Positions 16,018-22,659 of a stretch of 22,659 nt of DNA are shown here, piece by piece. The translations under genes and the position numbers were made by a program. The notes under the pieces are model-generated. The model saw only the letters and a program-made list of their open reading frames with translations. It was not told where the DNA came from and made no database searches. This DNA comes from Albugo candida. Its lineage: Eukaryota. The DNA lies in NCBI GenBank assembly GCA_040437565.1, contig JBDOQK010000070.1, positions 124,001 through 146,659 on the forward strand, read 5' to 3'. The stretch's first letter is position 1; each line of letters begins with the position of its first letter.

Positions 16018-18081
16018 ATGGTTCGGGTGGGACCAGAACTGGATGAGTACACGACGTCTGATGGAGCTATTAACTCACCCAATCCAGATGAAACTTCTCC
16101 CGAGAGTCTTGGAAGCAGTGGAGTTTACAAAAAGGAACAATCAGATGTGACGTTGTCTAAAGCTAGCTCAGAGCAATCAGGAATGAAGAAGACTCTTCGT
16201 CGACGTATAAGAAAAAATACGCCGATTCAAAAAGAATATCGGATGAAAGAGATACAACTTCAAAAGCTTGAAGGTGAAGTTTCAACTTGTCGTGATGAAA
16301 CAGGGTCGTCCGCCGAAATCTCCGATGCGAAAACCAATGAAAAGGCATACGATTCACTTGGACCAAGAAGTCATAGTCCCACGTTGATACCACTTCTATC
16401 AACGAACACAAAAGAGGAATCGAATGCAGCTGACGAACGCGAGCAAGCCAATAGTGTGACGAATCGAGGAATCATCAAGAAAAGTTACAATAATGCTCGC
16501 AATAACCATAGAAAGATTGCCCCTACAATGGACATGCTTAGCTCCGAATCAACAACATACTTGCCCTTATTATCAGATACTCTAAACGACAAGGTCATCT
16601 TCAGCGTATGTTCTACTGAAGTGATCGAAAACACGCCAAACGATGCGTCCTCTTTACCGACCACTACACAAGTACTTGAAGAAGAATTAGACAATGACGA
16701 AACTAGTAATAAAAAACGTGAGGCATTGTGCATTCAGCGGTGGTACCGAGGTTTTCTTGGAAGACGAATCACAGAGGTTGCTCGCTTAGTAATGGATAAG
16801 GAACTAGAAGATGAGGCCTGGGCGGAAATTCAGTCAGAAGCGGTCATCACAATACAAGCGCTACTTCGTGCATACAATATACGAAAAAGACTCAGTGGTA
16901 GATTGCTTTCAATTTACAAAAAGACGAAACGATTAAACTTTCAAATAAAATGGCCGGATCCATTGAATCTAGAACCAAAGGACGGATGGGAGAGTATTGA
17001 TTTCAGCGCAAGATCAGAGATCAGAAAGTTGCAAATTCGTGTCTTCTGTGGAACATGGAATTTACATGCGAAATTACCCACGGCTAGTTTACAGCAATGG
17101 ATTACACGAAATCAATATCACATAATCGCCATCGGGAGCGAAGAATGTGGAGCAACTATTGCAAAAAGTGTAGTTTTTCCTTCCAAGAAATTGTGGCAAG
17201 ATCTTGTGCAAGCAACGCTGGGCGCAAGTTATACTTTAGTAGCGTCACATGCTTTGGCTGCGATTCACAACATGGTATTCGTGCATCATACTTTGCTTCC
17301 GTTGATCCGTGATGTCCAGTCCGATGCCATTGCCACTGGTATAGGAAATCAATTGGGCAACAAAGGCGGTGTCGGCATAGCGTTTAGCGCCGGCGGAACA
17401 AGTTTTGCTTTCGTTAATGCTCATTTTGAAGCGCATCAACACAACGTAGAGAAGCGAAATGCCAGCTTTCATAAAATCAACACAGAGCTGAGGCTCCAAC
17501 CTGTTCGATACATTCCGGGTGTTAATCACGTTACATCTCTTTCCAAGATGAGAACCAGTCGGGCCAGCGTTCACATGTATCGTGGAAACGTCGGTAAGAG
17601 GCTCCTATCAGAGCTGTTTGATCGTGTGTTTTGGTATGGAGATCTCAACTATCGAATCAACGGCACCCGTAAAATGGTGGATACTTTGATAAAGGATCAG
17701 AATCATGCAGTTTTATATTTCAACGATCAATTGCAGCGAGAAATGCGGGAAAATAACGTATTTCCGAACTTTCATGAAGGTCCGCTGAACTTCCTACCGA
17801 CTTACAAGTTTGACAAAAACTCAGATCAGTACGATTCATCATCGAAACAACGAATCCCATCGTGGACTGATCGTGTCTTATACTTATCAAATGAGAATCA
17901 CCAGGATATTGAGGTCATACGATATACAAGTGAGATGCAGTTGCAGTCTTCAGATCACCGCCCCGTAACGGCCGTCTTTCTTGTCAACATCACTCTTGTT
18001 GTTGAAGCATCTGGAAAGTCACGTTCGGACCCTATACGGAGTCAGAATGCCACTAAAAGTAGGATTTGTATCATACAGTGA
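16018..18081 (+). CDS. Inositol polyphosphate 5-phosphatase, INPP5E-like, with two IQ motifs and a C-terminal CaaX; 687 aa
   Basis: IPPc motifs: GTWNL, IAIGSEE, GNKGGV, FVNAHFEAH, WYGDLNYRI, PTYKFD, PSWTDRVLY, SDHRPV. IQ motifs IQRWYRGFLGRR and IQALLRAYNIRK. Ends CIIQ-stop. Disordered S/E/K-rich N-terminus. Confidence 0.92.
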   Translation: MVRVGPELDEYTTSDGAINSPNPDETSPESLGSSGVYKKEQSDVTLSKASSEQSGMKKTLRRRIRKNTPIQKEYRMKEIQLQKLEGEVSTCRDETGSSAEISDAKTNEKAYDSLGPRSHSPTLIPLLSTNTKEESNAADEREQANSVTNRGIIKKSYNNARNNHRKIAPTMDMLSSESTTYLPLLSDTLNDKVIFSVCSTEVIENTPNDASSLPTTTQVLEEELDNDETSNKKREALCIQRWYRGFLGRRITEVARLVMDKELEDEAWAEIQSEAVITIQALLRAYNIRKRLSGRLLSIYKKTKRLNFQIKWPDPLNLEPKDGWESIDFSARSEIRKLQIRVFCGTWNLHAKLPTASLQQWITRNQYHIIAIGSEECGATIAKSVVFPSKKLWQDLVQATLGASYTLVASHALAAIHNMVFVHHTLLPLIRDVQSDAIATGIGNQLGNKGGVGIAFSAGGTSFAFVNAHFEAHQHNVEKRNASFHKINTELRLQPVRYIPGVNHVTSLSKMRTSRASVHMYRGNVGKRLLSELFDRVFWYGDLNYRINGTRKMVDTLIKDQNHAVLYFNDQLQREMRENNVFPNFHEGPLNFLPTYKFDKNSDQYDSSSKQRIPSWTDRVLYLSNENHQDIEVIRYTSEMQLQSSDHRPVTAVFLVNITLVVEASGKSRSDPIRSQNATKSRICIIQ

Positions 18082-18263
18082 CGGAATAGCGAGTTACGGG
18101 AGGTTATGGCTTCAGATCAATATAAAGGTTAGACGCCTTGCAGGAAGCTCACACGGACACATGTACATATTTTGGCATCGCTTTATAAGATTTCAAGATC
18201 TTGACAGTAAACCAACATAGCCAGAAATGGGAAAGTTTTTGGATGGTCTAATTTGCCCAGGGA

Positions 18264-18363
18264 NNNNNNNNNNNNNNNNNNNNNNNNNNNNNNNNNNNNN
18301 NNNNNNNNNNNNNNNNNNNNNNNNNNNNNNNNNNNNNNNNNNNNNNNNNNNNNNNNNNNNNNN
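18264..18363. other. Assembly gap (100 N)
   Basis: Run of 100 N. Confidence 0.99.
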
Positions 18364-18981
18364 AGCAACTTCTGTCAACTGGTATCTTCTGGAAAGTAAA
18401 AAGTTACAAAAGTGCAGTACACCGCAATCGAAACAGACAATGGCTGCGAAATGTGACTAATAAGTGTATTTTGGGCTTCATTTCTTTATAAAGATAATCA
18501 TACAAACGTTGTTGCATAATGGATCATGGATCAAAGTATTCCGCAGTGTATAATCTACTTAGCAATATAACGGTGCTTTTTTTTGCTGCGCGTAACCAAA
18601 ATATGATGTAGCATGATAGCTTATGATCAATACAGATAATCGGATCTTTCAATGTCTTTTATTACGATAACCTCATAATGACAACAGGCTTTCCATCCCC
18701 AACCGCATTATAAGTTCGGTACTCTCAATTTCCAGATAGAAACGATGCTACACAAGCAAAGATAAATGTTATTGCGATTTATGTGTCGATTCCCATTAAA
18801 GCGTGGGTGTAACCCATACAAGCCTTGAATTATTACACGGAAGTGATCATCAGTGATTGCAAGCATTCAAATCTGCACTACCTTTTTCTGCGTAAGAACC
18901 GGTAGTGCTGGCTCGCCACGCGGTTTTGCTTCCAATAAAAGGCCGTATTTGCAGATTTCCCCCATTTCCGATCTGAAGACC

Positions 18982-21900
18982 ATGGTACTTTAAATGAATA
19001 GAATCTGAGCGATCTATCGATATTAATTGTGATGTGTACATGTCTATGTAGCCGCTCCGTCTGGAAATAAAAAAGAAGTTAACCTCGCGTTCCGAACGCG
19101 TTAAAAGCGTGGATTTTCATTCCACCGAACCTTGGGTTCTCTCAGCTTTGTACTCTGGGAGTGTGATGATTTGGAACTATGACACCCAAACGCTCGTAAA
19201 AAGCATTGAAGTTTCGTCGCTCCCTGTCCGAAATGCTAAATTTGTTGTTCGTAAACAATGGATTCTCACGAGTTCGGATGACATGATGATTCGAGTATTC
19301 AATTACAACACTATCGAAAAAATCACCAGTTTCGAAGCCCATACAGATTATATCCGTCACTTGGAAGTGCATCCAAGCTTACCTTGTGTGCTGAGTTGCG
19401 CGGACGATATGAGCATCAAGATGTGGGATTGGGAAAAGGGATGGGCATGCACTCAGGTATTTGACGGTCATGGTCACTACGTCATGATGGTCAAGTTTAA
19501 TCCGAAAGACACCAACACGTTTGCTAGTGCGTCATTAGACCGAACTGTGCGTGTTTGGGGTCTAGGTTCTTCACACGCACATTTCGCTCTGGACGGGCAT
19601 GAACGTGGTGTCAACTGTGTTGATTATTATCCTGGTGGCGATAAACCGTATTTATTGTCTGGATCGGATGATCGAACTGTGAAGATTTGGGATTATCAAA
19701 CGAAAGCTGTCTTGCACACATTTGATGGTCACGGCAATAATTTAACGGCAGTGTTATACCACCCTCGTCTACCGCTTATTATATCAGCATGTGAAGATGG
19801 TGCTGTTCGAATGTGGCACGCGACCACATACCGAGCAGAAACAACTCTGAATTACGGGATGGAACGAGCATGGACATTGGCCGCTCTCAAATCTGCTAAC
19901 AAGGTTGCAATAGGGTATGATGAAGGGACCATGGTAGTTCGGTTGGGTCATGATACACCGATAGCAAGTATGGATCAAAGTGGAAAGATAATCTGGGCTA
20001 ATAATCACGAGGTTCAGACAGCAAGTGTCAAAAGCATTGTCTCAGAAATGGGCTTGCAGGATGGTGAGAAACTTCCCTTACCTGCTAGGGAGCTGGGTAG
20101 CTGTGAAGTCTATCCACAAAAAATACGGCACAACAGTAATGGTCGCTTCGTAGCAGTATGTGGGGACAGTGAGTATATAATCTATACGTCTCAACAACTT
20201 CGCAACAAAGCGTATGGCTATGGTTTAGACTTTGCATGGTCACCACTGGGTACCGGTGATTACGTTGTACGGGAAAGCATCACCAAAATTACGCTTTTTC
20301 GTAACTTTAAGGAATACAAATCCGACAAACCTTGTGTTTGTTCTGCAGAGGGTCTGTTCGGTGGCGTAGGGGCAATCGGAATCAAGGGAAACGAATGTGT
20401 TGCCATGTACGATTGGGAAGAGATGCGATTGATTCGGAAAATTGATGTTATGGTGAAAAACGTTTACTGGTCAGAATCCGGAAACTTGGTTGTACTTGCA
20501 TGTGAGAAGCATTTTTTTGTTTTAGCATATAACAAAGAATTGGTCACGGAAGCCTTTGCAAATGGTACCAATCATCCAGAGCACGGAGTTGATGGATCTT
20601 TCGAACTGCTGCATGAGATATCGGAGAAAATCTGTACAGGTGTTTGGGTGGGCGATTGCTTTCTTTACACCAATAATACGAAGCGCCTTAATTACTATGT
20701 GGGTGGAGAAGTAATGTCATTAGCACATTTGGAGCAAAAATCGTACATTTTGGGCTATCTGCCGCGCGAAAATCTGATCTTTCTCATGGATAAAATGAAG
20801 AATGTCTACAGTTATACTGTTTCATTAGTGATGCTTGAATATCAAACAGCTGTTGTACGAAAAGATTTTGAAACCGCGAATTCTATTCTGCCAAATATTC
20901 CTCAAGACCAGATGGATTTGGTCGCCCGCTTTTTAGAATCACAAGGATACAAAGAGGAAGCTCTGGCACTCAGCACGGACCCAGATCAGAAATTTGACCT
21001 CGCTGTCCAGTTAGCAAAGCTAGACGTTGCGCGTGAAATCATGTTGAATGAGATTGAGACAGCCCAGCATCAAAAACCACAACTAGCAGGCTCACCGGCG
21101 GAACTTTCTATCGAAATGCAGCATAAGTGGAAGCAACTTGGAGATCTTGCATTAAATGACTTTCAATTCGATTTGGCAGAAGAGTGTGCACTGAGAGCAG
21201 ATGATTTTAGTATGTTGCTGATATTGTACACTAGTCGTGGAGATGGTGTCGGATTGGCAAAGCTTGCCAATCTAGCAACTGATAAGCGTCGATTCAATGT
21301 AGCATTTCTATGTCGACTATTATTGAATCAGACAAGTGAATGCGTGAAGGTGTTGAAAGAGACCAAGAGAGTTCCCGAAGCCGCGTTCTTTGCCAGAAGT
21401 TATTGTCCGTCTAAACTCAGTCTTGTGATGGATCAATGGCGTGAGGATCTGGCAAGTGTTAGTATTCGCGCTGCAAAGGCATTAGCCGATCCGATCCGGA
21501 ATTCTGAGCTTTTCGAAAACTTAGATTTTGCCCTGCAAGCAGAAAAAGAGATCTCGGCACGAGTGGTTGGCAATAAAAACGCCAAAAATTATCAGGAATG
21601 GCAAAGTCTACTTGATAACCAGACAGTATTGGAGATCGTACTCAGCGACAGTTTTAACAGCGGTTCAGATGAGAAAAAATCGTTGTCATCTTTGCAAGTG
21701 GAAATGGAGTCGAGATGTGCCAATGATGTCCCGGATAGCACTGAAGCTGCGCATGATGTTGTCGAAGATGTGCATGCTCACATAGAGCAAAATGCCGCAG
21801 AGTGTGCCGAGCTCGAGAATGGAGTCAAGATCGAACAAAATCGCGAGGGTGCCGAACTGGAAGCAAGAGTCAAGGCAGCAGAAGAACGAGAACGTGCGGA

Positions 21901-22659
21901 AATGGAAGCGAGAATAAAGGCAGATGAAGCTCGAGAGCGCGCCTTAATAGAGGCGAGAAGGAAGGCGGAACAAGATGCTCAAGAGCGTGCTGAACTGGAG
22001 GCAAGAGTCAAGGCAGAAGAAGAAGAACGAGATCGTGCCGAAAAGGAGTCCAGACTCAAGGCTGAAGAAATAGCTCGAGAGCGCGCCGTAATAGAGGCGA
22101 GAAGGAAGGCGGAACAAGAAGCTCAAGAGCGTGCCGAACTGGAGGCAAGAGTCAAGGCAGAAGAAGAAGAACGAGATCGTGCCGAAAAGGAGTCCAGACT
22201 CAAGGCTGAAGAAATAGCTCGAGAGCGCGCCGTAATAGAGGCGAGAAGGAAGGCGGAACAAGAAGCTCAAGAGCGTGCCGAACTGGAGGCAAGAGTCAAG
22301 GCAGAAGAAGAAGAACGAGATCGTGCCGAAAAGGAGTCCAGACTCAAGGCTGAAGAAATAGCTCGAGAGCGCGCCGTAATAGAGGCGAGAAGGAAGGCGG
22401 AACAAGAAGCTCAAGAGCGTGCCGAACTGGAGGCAAGAGTCAAGGCAGAAGAAGAAGAACGAGATCGTGCCGAAAAGGAGTCCAGACTCAAGGCTGAAGA
22501 AATAGCTCGAGAGCGCGCCGTAATAGAGGCGAGAAGGAAGGCGGAACAAGAAGCTCAAGAGCGTGCCGAACTGGAGGCAAGAGTCAAGGCAGAAGAAGAA
22601 GAACGAGATCGTGCCGAAAAGGAGTCCAGACTCAAGGCTGAAGAAATAGCTCGAGAGCG
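18982..22659 (+). CDS. COPB2: Coatomer subunit beta' (COPB2/SEC27), 3'-truncated by the window end
   Basis: ATG-only first coding exon (18982-18984), 67-nt intron GTACTT..TGTAG (18985-19051), then a frame from 19052 that has no stop in the parts I translated. It reads PLRLEIKKKLTSRSERVKSVDFHSTEPW..WD40 repeats (FEAHTDYIR, GHGHYVM, FASASLDRTV, GHERGVNCVDYY)..FLESQGYKEEAL..KWKQLGDLAL..PEAAFFARSY and runs to the window end, which would explain its absence from the ORF track. Confidence 0.96.
21929..22659 (+). repeat. Coding tandem repeat, 144-bp unit (48 aa = 3 x 16 aa); 5 full copies plus a partial one, reaching the window end
   Basis: Units start at 21929, 22073, 22217, 22361, 22505 and 22649 and encode ARERAVIEARRKAEQE-AQERAELEARVKAEEE-ERDRAEKESRLKAEEI. 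Unit 1 differs at 3 positions; units 2-5 appear identical. Confidence 0.97.

Noticed and set aside
18082-18960. Short ORFs around the third gap
   Set aside because: They span Ns or are short with no motifs; no gene model could be supported.
21944-22558. 204-aa hydrophobic repetitive ORF on the minus strand
   Set aside because: It is the antisense shadow of the coding repeat in COPB2.
21929-22659. Regular repeat considered as a CRISPR-like array
   Set aside because: There are no unique spacers; units are contiguous, in frame and protein-coding in a eukaryotic gene.

Overview
Eukaryotic genomic scaffold, most likely from a compact oomycete genome. Albugo-like origin is my inference from the short 45-79 nt GT-AG introns, very short intergenic spacers and gene content. 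There are three 100-N assembly gaps. About 1-7300 is a nest of decayed retroelements: two L1/Tx1-type LINE remnants on the minus strand and two gag-like relics. It ends just upstream of an intact tRNA-Thr(CGT) at 7392-7463. The rest is a dense block of housekeeping genes: a 3-exon COMMD10-like gene, a NELF-B/COBRA1 homologue with a bromodomain inserted in its middle, mitochondrial L-galactono-1,4-lactone dehydrogenase, a 6-exon VPS25, an IQ-motif/CaaX INPP5E-like 5-phosphatase, and coatomer beta' (COPB2/SEC27), which runs off the window in a 144-bp higher-order tandem repeat encoding an E/R/K/A-rich helix. Most notable observations: (1) the bromodomain-containing NELF-B; (2) an exact copy of the first 15 nt of the local tRNA-Thr placed where a retroelement primer-binding site would sit (1887-1901); (3) a probable Copia LTR relic ending 37 bp before the GLDH start codon; (4) the repeat tail on beta'-COP. 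All family assignments come from motif recognition by eye; no database search was run.
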